Shown piece by piece: positions 21,104 to 31,700 of a stretch of DNA of 64,000 bases. Positions within the stretch are counted from its first letter, which is position 1; the number at the start of each line of letters is the position of its first letter. Location of the stretch: positions 4,768,001 through 4,832,000 of the forward strand of contig OY762428.1 in the NCBI GenBank assembly GCA_963665665.1. Reading direction: 5' to 3'. Source of the DNA: Candidatus Kapaibacterium sp. GTDB lineage: Bacteria > Bacteroidota > Ignavibacteria > Kapaibacteriales > UBA2268. The position numbers and the translations under genes are program-made. The notes under the pieces are model-generated. The model worked only from the letters and a program-made list of their open reading frames with translations, searched no databases and was not told the DNA's origin.

Positions 21104-23176
21104 TTGATGACAAGATATAATACAATAGTAATATTATTATTTTTAATACCTTTGCAAGTTTTTTCCAACCTGAGTTTAGATTCACTACAACAAATAATAA
21201 AAAACTCTACAGGCGAGAAGAAAATGGAAGCAATGTTGGAACTGGCTTCCTATAAAGCAAATATAAACACACGTGAAGGCCTGAATGAATACAGGAAAAT
21301 CCTTGAGGCTTCAATAAAAAATAATTACAAGTTTGGTGTTAGTAAAAGCCTGGCCAATATTGGTTATGCACTGACTTTGTTGGAAAAATTCAAGGATGCA
21401 AGGGATACTCTGAGAATTGCCCGTGATAAATTTATTGAAATGAAAGATATATCAAGGGCTGCTTACTGCGTTAATCAGATTGCAAGAAGTTTTGAACTTG
21501 AGGGCAGATATCAGTCTGGCGTAGATAAATATATGGAAGCCCTGAATATGCTTGATAGTCAGCAAATTGGTGCCAACGATTCTACTAAAGTATTTTTGAA
21601 TATGCTTGGTATAATTTACACAGATTTGGGCATGATGCACTTTAAACTGGACAATTTGAAATCAGCGAGAAATTATTTTTACAGAGCTTTGTGGATTGGG
21701 AATAAAGCAAATGATTCAAGAAGAATTGCCGGATCATATTCCAATTTAGGGATGATACACAGGCAATATGGTGAAACGCAAAATGCTCTGGATAATTATT
21801 TTAAAGCAGCCAAATATGCCAAAGAAATTAATCATGTCAGGTATCTTGGTTCAATTTATCAAAATATATCAAATATTTATACTGATCTTCGGAATTTTTC
21901 GGGAGCATTGCATTACCTGGAAAAGGCTAATCGAAACTGGATTGTCCTGGGAGAAGAGATAAATGTTGTTGACGGATATATATCTGAAGCCGATTTAAAT
22001 TTGGCAATGGGGGATTTATCAAAATGCAGGGCGCTTCTTGATTCAGTTTCTGAATATTTTTCTGATCAAAAAAAAAATTCATTATCTTATAAGGATTTCC
22101 TGGTATTGAATTCGAAATATTATGAATTATCAGGTGAATACAAAAAAGCGCTGGATTACTATATTAAAAGTATTTCTGTAAGGGATAATCTTATATCTAC
22201 CGAAAAAGCTATTCATTTAGAGAAAGTCATGGCTAAGTACGAAGCCGAAAAAAAAGAAAATGAAAATGCATTGCTCAGGTTGGAAACTGAGAGAGATAAA
22301 AAAATTATTGTTTATTTTATTTTAGGGTCGTCGCTTCTGATTGCGTTGCTCGTGTTTATGATAATACAATATAGATTAAAGAATAAAGCTCTGTCCGAAA
22401 TAAAAATGTTGAACCAGAAATTAAGTATTTCCAATATTGAACTGGAGGAATCCAGGAAAAAATTGAAAGAACTTAATGATTCCAAGGACAAATTCTTTTC
22501 AATTATCGGGCACGACCTGAAGAATCCTTTATCAATATATAAGTCAATGTCCGATTTTATTTTAAAATCGTTGGATAATCTTTCAAGGAATGATATTGCT
22601 GAGTTTATGCAGGAGTTGCAAAAATCGGCTAAAAAAACTTATTCCCTGTTGGAAAATTTGCTGACATGGGCACGAATGCAGTCCGGCAAAATTGAATTTA
22701 ATCCTGAAATGAACAATATTTACGCTATTATTGAAAGCAATCTTCAGCTACTGAAACTTTCAGCTGAGAAGAAAAATATTGAAATTGCCAGGAAAATTGA
22801 TGATAAGGTTGAAGCAGTTTTCGATGCTAATATGATTAATACAGTGGTAAGAAATCTTGTTTCAAATGCAATTAAATTTACTCCTGAAAAAGGAAGGGTA
22901 GAGGTTGCACTGCAGGAAAATAACGGCTTTTATAATATAATTGTCTCTGATACAGGATTAGGAATCAGCCCGGAAGATAAGAGAAAATTATTCAGGCTTG
23001 ATACTCAGCACACAACTCCCGGTACAGCAAACGAACAGGGGACGGGACTTGGCTTGATACTATGTAAAGATTTTATTGATATGCATGGCGGCAGGATAGA
23101 TATAGAAAGCGAAGAGGGAAACGGTTCGAAATTTATTATAAGTATTCCAAAGGAAATAAACATTGAAAAGGTGTAG
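21104..23176 (+). CDS. TPR-containing membrane sensor histidine kinase
   Basis: Extracytoplasmic TPRs, one TM helix, FFSIIGHDLKNPL, NLVSNAIKFT, DTGLGI and GTGLGL. Confidence 0.92.
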   Translation: MMTRYNTIVILLFLIPLQVFSNLSLDSLQQIIKNSTGEKKMEAMLELASYKANINTREGLNEYRKILEASIKNNYKFGVSKSLANIGYALTLLEKFKDARDTLRIARDKFIEMKDISRAAYCVNQIARSFELEGRYQSGVDKYMEALNMLDSQQIGANDSTKVFLNMLGIIYTDLGMMHFKLDNLKSARNYFYRALWIGNKANDSRRIAGSYSNLGMIHRQYGETQNALDNYFKAAKYAKEINHVRYLGSIYQNISNIYTDLRNFSGALHYLEKANRNWIVLGEEINVVDGYISEADLNLAMGDLSKCRALLDSVSEYFSDQKKNSLSYKDFLVLNSKYYELSGEYKKALDYYIKSISVRDNLISTEKAIHLEKVMAKYEAEKKENENALLRLETERDKKIIVYFILGSSLLIALLVFMIIQYRLKNKALSEIKMLNQKLSISNIELEESRKKLKELNDSKDKFFSIIGHDLKNPLSIYKSMSDFILKSLDNLSRNDIAEFMQELQKSAKKTYSLLENLLTWARMQSGKIEFNPEMNNIYAIIESNLQLLKLSAEKKNIEIARKIDDKVEAVFDANMINTVVRNLVSNAIKFTPEKGRVEVALQENNGFYNIIVSDTGLGISPEDKRKLFRLDTQHTTPGTANEQGTGLGLILCKDFIDMHGGRIDIESEEGNGSKFIISIPKEINIEKV

Positions 23177-23178
23177 CC

Positions 23179-24261
23179 GTGGAAAGGAGAAATTTCTGCA
23201 AATTCTGTGTCCTGGCTGGTGTTTCCATTCCTACATTACTTAAATCTGAAGAAAATTACCATTCAGCAAAATATTTTTCTAAAGAAAATAATAATATATT
23301 CTGCCATCTATGCCCGAATGAATGTATTATCAGGCCGGGAAAATCAGGAGATTGTCGTGTGCGGGTAAATAAAGGCGGCAATCTGAAAACACTGGCTTAT
23401 GGTAATCCCTGTGCTGTTAACGTTGACCCCGTTGAAAAGAAACCTTTATATCATTTTTTACCCGGAACAAGAGCCTTTTCAGTAGCAACTGCCGGATGTA
23501 ACCTGAATTGCCTTAATTGCCAGAACTGGGAAATCTCACAGTCCTCTCCAGATAAAACAAGAAATTACAACATGCCCCCTGATGAAGTTATTGCCATGGC
23601 CGAGAAGTATCAATGCCAATCGATAGCATATACATATACCGAGCCTGTTGTGTTTGTTGAATACATGATGGACACGGCTAAGTTAGCCCGGAAAAAAAAT
23701 ATCAAAAATCTGATGATATCTGCCGGATATATCAAAGAAAAGCCCCTGATCGACCTTTGCAAAGTTATTGATGCCGCCAATATAGATTTGAAGGGGTTCG
23801 ATAATGAATTGTATAAAAAACTGAACAGCGGAATCCTTGAGCCGGTCCTTAATACATTGAAGATTTTGAAAGAGAATCATGTACATCTTGAAATAACCAA
23901 TTTGCTGGTACCCGGATGGACTGACGATATGAAAATGATACGAAAAATGTGCAAGTGGCTGTTGAAAAATGGTTTCGAAAACATACCCCTGCATTTATCG
24001 CGATTTTATCCCATGTACAGGCTGAAAAACCTGCCATCAACTCCGATTAAGGTTTTGCAAAATGCTTGTGCTATTGCAAAACAGGAGGGACTTAACAACA
24101 TATTTATTGGAAATGTTGCAGAAATTGATGCATCAAATACTGTCTGCCCTAAATGTGGTGAAATGCTTGTTAAAAGAAAAGGCTATAAAGTAAAATTTAA
24201 TAATATTAACAATTCACACTGCCCGAATTGTAAAGCTGAAATTTACGGTGTCTGGAAATAG
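23179..24261 (+). CDS. amrS: AmmeMemoRadiSam system radical SAM enzyme
   Basis: CHLCPNEC...GDCRVR, VDPVEKKPLYHFLPG, GCNLNCLNCQNWEISQ, IAYTYTEP and C-terminal CPKC/CPNC...GVW. Confidence 0.92.
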   Translation: MERRNFCKFCVLAGVSIPTLLKSEENYHSAKYFSKENNNIFCHLCPNECIIRPGKSGDCRVRVNKGGNLKTLAYGNPCAVNVDPVEKKPLYHFLPGTRAFSVATAGCNLNCLNCQNWEISQSSPDKTRNYNMPPDEVIAMAEKYQCQSIAYTYTEPVVFVEYMMDTAKLARKKNIKNLMISAGYIKEKPLIDLCKVIDAANIDLKGFDNELYKKLNSGILEPVLNTLKILKENHVHLEITNLLVPGWTDDMKMIRKMCKWLLKNGFENIPLHLSRFYPMYRLKNLPSTPIKVLQNACAIAKQEGLNNIFIGNVAEIDASNTVCPKCGEMLVKRKGYKVKFNNINNSHCPNCKAEIYGVWK

Positions 24262-24304
24262 AAGAAATCATCTAAGAATATGATTTTTCAGTATAGTGTT
24301 ATAT

Positions 24305-25654
24305 CTATCCCAGTATTTCTGCAAGAGCAATAGAAATTCTCTCGACGGGAGAAATTTTAATATCAAATCCCGAAGGGAGCTTTTTCATGTTTTGTGATGG
24401 TATCAGAGCCTTTTGAAAACCAAGTTTTTGGGCTTCCTTCAAGCGCTGTTCAATATTAGATACTGCTCTTACTTCTCCTGTAAGTCCGATTTCCCCGATA
24501 AGAAGTGCTTTGGGATTTACAGGAACGTCCCGAAGTGAGCTGATAAGCGCGGCAGCAAGGCCAAGATCCAGGGAAGGGTCGTTCATATAAACACCCCCGG
24601 CAACGTTAACGAATACGTCTGCCTGCCTGAATTGAGCACCAAGTCGTTTTTCAAGGACGGCAAGTATCATTTGAAGCCGCCGCATATCAAATCCCGTAGT
24701 GGTTCTTTGCGGCACGCTGTAGCCGGTTGGGGAAACAAGAGCCTGAACTTCAAGCAGTATCGGCCTGGTGCCTTCGATAGCTGCTACAATTGCAATGCCC
24801 GAGTCTTCCTGTCTGCGCTGAGCCAGGAATAATTCCGATGGATTGGAAACTTCGCGAAGGCCTTTGTCGCTCATTTCAAATATTCCGATCTCGTTTGTAG
24901 AGCCATAGCGGTTTTTATGAGCGCGGAGTATCCTGTATGAATAAGTTTTCTCGCCTTCGAATTGCAGGACTGTGTCAACCATGTGTTCCAGAATTTTCGG
25001 GCCGGCAATTACTCCTTCTTTTGTCACGTGGCCCACAACGAATACGGCTTTATTGCTTTTCTTGGCTGTCTGCATCAGCAGGGAAGTGCATTCCCTTACC
25101 TGCGCAACAGAACCGGGTGTAGCATCCACTCGTTCGGAATAAACCGATTGAATTGAATCAATGATTATTATCCGGCCATCATGCTGCTGAATGGCGGCAT
25201 TGATATTTTCTATCAGTGTGTCCGCCATCACGGACATATCATTTTCAATACCCTTCAGCCTTTGTGCGCGGTATTTTATCTGCTGCAGCGATTCTTCGCC
25301 GGTTATATATAGAGGGTTGAACTTCTGCAGACGGCCGCACATCTGCAGCATAAGAGTTGATTTGCCAATGCCGGGATCGCCGCCGACAAGTATGATTGAA
25401 CCTGGTATAATACCGCCACCGAGTACCCGGTCCAACTCTGTAATTGATGTTCTGAACCTGTAGTCAGGTTCGTTGGGTACGTCTTTCAGCTTAATTATAT
25501 TTGCCTGCCCTGTAGTCCTGGCCGGCTGCCCTTTTGCCCCGGAAACGACCTGCTCTTCCAGGCTTCCCCAGGAGTTACATTCAGGGCACTTTCCAAGCCA
25601 CTTAGGTGATTGCGCCCCGCATTCTTTACATATAAATGTCTTTTTTTGTTTCAT
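24305..25654 (-). CDS. radA: DNA repair protein RadA/Sms
   Basis: CKECG...KWLGKCPEC zinc finger, GGDPGIGKSTL, KNRYG and a Lon-like C-terminus. Confidence 0.98.
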   Translation of the reverse strand: MKQKKTFICKECGAQSPKWLGKCPECNSWGSLEEQVVSGAKGQPARTTGQANIIKLKDVPNEPDYRFRTSITELDRVLGGGIIPGSIILVGGDPGIGKSTLMLQMCGRLQKFNPLYITGEESLQQIKYRAQRLKGIENDMSVMADTLIENINAAIQQHDGRIIIIDSIQSVYSERVDATPGSVAQVRECTSLLMQTAKKSNKAVFVVGHVTKEGVIAGPKILEHMVDTVLQFEGEKTYSYRILRAHKNRYGSTNEIGIFEMSDKGLREVSNPSELFLAQRRQEDSGIAIVAAIEGTRPILLEVQALVSPTGYSVPQRTTTGFDMRRLQMILAVLEKRLGAQFRQADVFVNVAGGVYMNDPSLDLGLAAALISSLRDVPVNPKALLIGEIGLTGEVRAVSNIEQRLKEAQKLGFQKALIPSQNMKKLPSGFDIKISPVERISIALAEILG

Positions 25655-25759
25655 TGAATCAATTTACAAAATATTTTTGATATTTTATTCCATATCTAAA
25701 GAATTTAATATTTATTATTAGTTGAAAAGTAGTTGTAAAAGTAATGAAATCTAAAAATG

Positions 25760-26227
25760 CTAATGCACACAACCAAGATAAACTTTTGATTTCAATATTT
25801 GATAATTATCAAAATTAACAGAATCAATATAATTATCAGCAGCGTCTTTCTCATAGAATATTCCGGCAACAATTATGAATAATTCGCCTCCGGTCGGAAT
25901 TCTTCCTTCTGTGTAGTAAATCAATGGTTCGATACTTAGTTCTGTTGAAGGCCATCTTCTGGGAGCAAACTCGCCGGCATAGATTTCGTCCGAATCGTTA
26001 TAAGATAGCACCAGAAATCCCCTGGCACTATCCCAAACCCTGTTCTTAGGGTATTCAATCTTTGGGCTTTTACTTAATTTTTCTGCCTTGTGATTCAAAT
26101 CCTGGTAATTATAAGATGAGTCCAATTTAACAATATACATCTCTCTGTATTGGTCTTAAATATCAGATTCCTGACTAATAAGAAATAATCCCGGAATTAT
26201 TATCAGCAATGAAATATACTTATACAT
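25760..26227 (-). pseudogene. secreted hypothetical protein interrupted by an in-frame TAA (or a sequence error)
   Basis: GGGAG RBS and ATG at 26227 give MYKYISLLIIIPGLFLISQESDI*DQYRE, in frame with ORF 25760-26140. The TAA is at 26156-26158. Confidence 0.6.
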
Positions 26228-26242
26228 TTTCAATCTCCCATT

Positions 26243-28396
26243 TTACTCCTTAACGGGCGTTTCGATAATTATCTGGACAGTCCTGGAATAGCCTCGGCCT
26301 TGCGGCTTGTCGTTGTCGTAAATCAATATATCGCTGCCGTGGGGGAGAAGAGTCAGGTTTTCGTCCTTTACGTCTAAGCTTTTTCGGACTTCATCTATTC
26401 TTCTGCGGGCCAGGTCGCGATTGTAATCGGGTTCTCCTGTACGGTCAGCATAGCCGCTGATAGTAACTTTCGAATCAGGCATTATCCTGCTGTCAATATC
26501 TTTCAGAATATCGGCCTGTGCGTTTGTTATTTCCGCTTTGTCATAATCGAATAGAATCAGAGAGAACTTTTCAATTCTCTTATCATCTTTCAATTCATAT
26601 CTTTTTTTGCGGATAGTAAGCTGTTTGATTGATAATTCCTTACTCAGGTTTTCAACTTTACCGGCGTTATCAATCGCCGTTAGTGATATTTTAACTGGTT
26701 CTTCCAGCATCGGAACAGGTTCTTCGGTTATTTCCCAGTTATATTCGCCACTGTTTTCAGTGCCGCTGGTATGGCGAAGTTCCTCGTCGCCCTGTAATAT
26801 TTCGAAATTAAAATTTTTCAGCCCGGCATCAGATTCAATACCATAATCAACTTTGATTACCGGAGGGTTTGATACGCGCTGGATTTCTTTCAGGTTCACA
26901 GGCGCCAGAATTGCCGGATCGTTAGAGCTTAGTTCAGCTCTCTGGTTTTCGATGGTACCGTCCTCGATACTTGTTTTGCCGGGATTGCGCGGGAGATTCC
27001 GCTGTTTAACAGATAACCTTGCCGGATCGATATTCCATGTATTTGTGAAATAATCTTTAACTGCCTCGGCCCTGGATTTCGACAGTGTTGTATTACCGGC
27101 TTCCGCATCCTGATTATTGTTGCATCCGGTTATGGTAAGCCTGGCATTTTTGTTTTCCGTCATCCTTTTTCCGACAATATTCAGCATATCCCGGTATAGT
27201 TCAAGAGTTTTCCAGGGAAGTTTATTTTCTTCAAACCCTGTTGCATCGTCAGGCTGAATTAAATTCATGTCAGTTGATTTAAGGTCTGCATTATTACGTG
27301 CGAAATATACGTGGGGGAGAAGCGGAAAACCTTCTTCAGTTTCAAATTCTTCAATTATTATAGCCGGGTTTTCCTGAACAGATCCGTCTGTGGAATAACC
27401 TTTTGCGGTCATATTCAGGTTGATTTTTGATTCTTTCGGAACAATCATCTCATAGGATTCATAATAAATTGTTCTTTCCACGTCGAACTTACCCTGCCTG
27501 CCTTTTACAAGTTCTTCCCTTTCTGAAATAAGTTTTATCTGGGGTTCCTGAATTCCAAATTTTGCAATAACTGTTGTATCTCTTTCATAAAATTCTTCTT
27601 CGATAAGCTCTCTTGCTTTCGGCTCCCTGATAGGAAGTTTCAATGCAAGGCCCATTTGCAAAGTGCTGACTTTCCAGTCTGCGTCTGTAATATTTGTTAG
27701 AGGATAATGGTATCTGAATTCCGGAACAAGATAGGTCTGTTTTGCTATCGGGAGTGGGACTTCCACACCAAAAATTAGATGCATCTGGAAGGCCTGCTTG
27801 TCAATCAATTCAAAACCATCCAGTTCGTTTCTTGTTAAAGTGCCGTCGATAAAAGTAACATTATCAGGGCTTACAAGTTCTTCCCTGTGATCAATATTAG
27901 CCGTGAACAGGTAGGCAAATCTTAATCCTGCAAGTACTGTTATATAGTCCCAGACCGGATAATTAATTGTCGGCTCAAGTGTAAAGGCATTCAATTTGGA
28001 TTCAATAATATATTTTGCAATAGCGTCTTGTTCTTCTCGGATATATGGCGGATCAACGTCCTGAAGCAAAGTATTACCGATGGAACTCTCCATCTCAAGA
28101 TTTCCATCAAGTGTTGCCATACCAAAACGAAGTTCCAATGAAAATTTTTGCCAGATTGGAATGTCGAAAAGTCCGCCAATGGCAATACCGGATCCCGATC
28201 CGTTTTCGTTAAATCTGGGGCAGCATGTGGTAACACCTTCAAGGTAGTCAAAATCAACAATATGAATATTGTGATTGAAGGAACCGTAGCCACCAAGATA
28301 GAATAGAATTTCCTGTTCTTTTACATCTTTCTGGGCATACAAAGATCCCGTTAAAAGCATAGTCAAAATAAGTAGGTGAATATTTCTGAATTTCAT
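26243..28396 (-). CDS. OmpA family protein (N-terminal beta-barrel, two OmpA_C-like domains)
   Basis: Signal peptide; LSKSRAEAVKDY and ENQRAEL; second domain LFDYDKAEI, ISGYADRTG, LARRR and SRTVQI. Confidence 0.85.
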   Translation of the reverse strand: MKFRNIHLLILTMLLTGSLYAQKDVKEQEILFYLGGYGSFNHNIHIVDFDYLEGVTTCCPRFNENGSGSGIAIGGLFDIPIWQKFSLELRFGMATLDGNLEMESSIGNTLLQDVDPPYIREEQDAIAKYIIESKLNAFTLEPTINYPVWDYITVLAGLRFAYLFTANIDHREELVSPDNVTFIDGTLTRNELDGFELIDKQAFQMHLIFGVEVPLPIAKQTYLVPEFRYHYPLTNITDADWKVSTLQMGLALKLPIREPKARELIEEEFYERDTTVIAKFGIQEPQIKLISEREELVKGRQGKFDVERTIYYESYEMIVPKESKINLNMTAKGYSTDGSVQENPAIIIEEFETEEGFPLLPHVYFARNNADLKSTDMNLIQPDDATGFEENKLPWKTLELYRDMLNIVGKRMTENKNARLTITGCNNNQDAEAGNTTLSKSRAEAVKDYFTNTWNIDPARLSVKQRNLPRNPGKTSIEDGTIENQRAELSSNDPAILAPVNLKEIQRVSNPPVIKVDYGIESDAGLKNFNFEILQGDEELRHTSGTENSGEYNWEITEEPVPMLEEPVKISLTAIDNAGKVENLSKELSIKQLTIRKKRYELKDDKRIEKFSLILFDYDKAEITNAQADILKDIDSRIMPDSKVTISGYADRTGEPDYNRDLARRRIDEVRKSLDVKDENLTLLPHGSDILIYDNDKPQGRGYSRTVQIIIETPVKE

Positions 28397-28522
28397 ATCT
28401 GTCCCGGATTATTTTACTTTTTTTGTTATCACTCAATGCAAATAAGAAAATATGATATTTAATAATTTTCAATTATTGACTTCAATAAGGAGAAATCTCA
28501 TAATACCGATCTTTTACGACTT

Positions 28523-28660
28523 AAGAATCCATCATTCCTATCAGATAATAATTAAGAATGGATCCTTCGCTTTGCTCAGGATGAATGCCTCTCTTGTTTT
28601 TTAGATTCCTACCTGTATAAATCTGAGCCCTCCCCTTGGGGGAGGGTTGGGAGGGGTCGG
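28523..28660. repeat. REP mosaic (family A half pair plus family B)
   Basis: aagaatcc...ggatccttcgctttgctcaggatga and gagccctccccttgggggagggttgggaggggtcgg. The latter is the reverse complement of the palindromes at 49752 and 49971. Confidence 0.65.
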
Positions 28661-28778
28661 ATTTAATAAATCTGTTTAACAACCTTATTTTTCTATTCAT
28701 AATGAGTATCAAAATATTTATAACAATAATAAAAATAGAAAGTTACTGAAAAACAACTTTACAGTGTTGTTAACAAAA

Positions 28779-31700
28779 CTATTTAACAATAAATAAACGT
28801 TCTACTACCCTTCTTGCATTTGAGCTAAATATCAGGTAATACATTCCCGAAGCAAATCTATCAGTATCAAGGAGAATTCTTTTCTCTTTATTCCCGTTCA
28901 GGTTTACATTCCATTCCGCAAGCTTTATTTTTTCTCCGCGAAGGCTTACAAGCTCGGCCATATGGTATCCGGTCTCGATTGAACGTAATGTTATTTCAGT
29001 TCTTTCACCTGCCGGATTTGGATTAATTATTGTCATCATAGCTTCGGTTCTGGCCAGGAGCCTGTCCCCGCCTTCTCGGCAAATAATTATCGACAGGCTG
29101 CCGTTTTCCATTTCGGGAGAGTCGATTTCTCCGGCTATATTCCATTCGAAATTATTCCACAGCAAAGGAGTAAAGCTGACAGCCCCGAGCAGGGTAGGGC
29201 CTTCCAAAGTTCCGATAACAGTTTCTTTTTCATATATATCAACATCATCGAATTCAATATCCACGTGCCTGTAATCATTCAGAACGAAATCGTCAGTGAT
29301 TGTGCCGTTAACTGCATTTTCAGGATAGTAGAGGCTGGCATCAAAAGATATTGTTGTTTTGAAGCCTGCCGTAATATACCTGATTGTATCCGGGTCACCT
29401 TTTGGCATTAGCTGGCCGTATAATTTAAGCTGGTAATTATCAATATCAGGTGAGACTTCTACTTTTGGAAGCCATATCTTAACATGCTCAAGGCTTCCGC
29501 CGTAACCTGTAATGATAACTGTTTTATATATGTCGCAGGTATCTATCACGAAATGGAAAGTTACTGAATCCGTGTATTGCTGCTCAGCCTGGGGCGTGAA
29601 ATCAATATTAAATACAAGGGAATCCCCGATAAGAAGCTGGCTTTTTACTTCAACCGGATTCATGCTGAAAATACTGCTAAGGGTAGGAGATGTTACGTTG
29701 ATGAAGTCAAAATCTGCTTTACCAATATTCAGAACTTTCAGGAGTCCGGAATTGCTTGAACCGACAGGAACAGCCCCGAGGTCAATGGGATTGGGATATG
29801 CCAGAAGTCCTGAATATATTTCTGCCTTCAGTACAACGTTTTGCCTGACCGTAGTTCCGTTCATATCAAACTCAAGTTCCACCGAGCTATAATAAAATCC
29901 GTCGGGGTTTTCCATCGCATTAAAGTCAACCTGTATGTAAACGCTTTCTCCTGCGGGGATATCTATTGGGAAGTTTGTTGTTAAAACCGAGAATTTTTCT
30001 GAATTCTGACTTGATATTGTTGCTCCTGTTAACTGCATATCAGCCTCGCCCGTATTGGCGATTTCAATACTGTCAAGTTTACTGCCGCAGGGGGCTAATG
30101 TACCGAAATCAAGGGTATCAGGAATTACCACGGTGGCCGTGATACCGTTGGCGACTATCGGCAGATAAAGAGTATCCTGGCAAGGGTCATTTATAATAAA
30201 CATGATTGTATCCCTAACCTGGCCTTCAGCATCAGGGGAGTAAAATACTTCGAAATCGGCTGTTCCGCCGTTTGGATTCAGGGGCGCTCCGGGTGGTGAA
30301 ACCGAAACGTTAAGGTCGTCTGTTTCATAATTATTTATATCCCTGAGTATTGTCCCGTTATTTGTGAATTGAACAGTTGCCGATCCGGTAGCTCCTACAG
30401 CAATATTTCCAAGGTCAAGCGGGCTGGGGTCGATTGTTATATCAATTTCTTCCTTATCGCCGTTTAGTTTCACTTCAATAAGCGGATTTTCCGGATCGTT
30501 GGTTTTTACTTCAAATATGGCATTCATATTGCCAAATCGGTCCGGCATACTAATAAAGCGAACATAATAACTAACGCCCTGATCAGGCCCTAGTTTGATA
30601 GGGATTGATTCAACTGGACGGGACGAAATTATAAACATATCCATATCAATACCGGTAATTTGAGGTTCTTCGGTTATTGTTACATCACCGGCCCCTTTAT
30701 TTGTCAGTATAATTTCTTCCTCAACCTCTCCGCACCAGGGATTAATTCCAAAATATATGGAATCCGTATTTGAACTTAGTTCCGGTTTGGCTCCATTTCC
30801 CAACAGGGTGAATGAGACTGATCCCGGACATATATTCGCATCAAAATCATCGCTGAGTATATTTACTAATTCTGTGAAATCTCCTGAAGCCGTGGGTGCA
30901 AATTCAATATTTAGTATAAGGGAATCATTGGCTCCCAAATAATAATCCGGTGGAATTGGAGGTTCGGAACTGACAATACTGAATGGCGGATTAAGCGTTG
31001 GCAGAGATGAAATAATTGCCGTACCTCGTCCTTTTTTGCGGACAACAATTCTGGTACTGCTGGTTTCTCCAACATTTATCTGGCCAAGGTCCGTTTCGCC
31101 TTCAAATTCAAAATAAGTATCCACAACATAAACATAAGCAAGAACGGAATCAATAATTTCAGGACATTCCAGAGATTTAATATAAATTGTTGTTTCATAC
31201 CTGCCGGTATCAAGATTGGCAGAGCTGAATGAAACAGTAACCGTATCGGCTTCATCAGTTCTGAATTCAATGCCATTGATAGCAGCATTAAATCCCGGAT
31301 CTCCGTTTAAAACAGGAATATCCAGATTTAATGGCAAATGCCCGGTATTAACTTCAATAAATTTTTTCGATACAACTTTATCAGGGCATACCTCACCAAG
31401 AAACAGAGATTTTTGTTGACTGGTGTTCAAAGTGTCGGTTTTATCAGCATCAAAAGCTACATGTTTGATGAAAAATTGTTTTATCTCAAATTTAATCTGG
31501 AACGGATTCAATTGTTCTCTGTCATTATGCGGTATCATCAGGTAATCAACGGCATATTGATCCTGGTAACCATGAAATTTAACTTTTACTTTTACCGAAT
31601 CCCCCGGGGCTACCCTCGTTTCTGTTAGCGGTTCAAGAAGTTCATAACCGCTGTCGTCGTAATCCCATATTGCGTTATCCATATTTAATATGAGGTCGGC

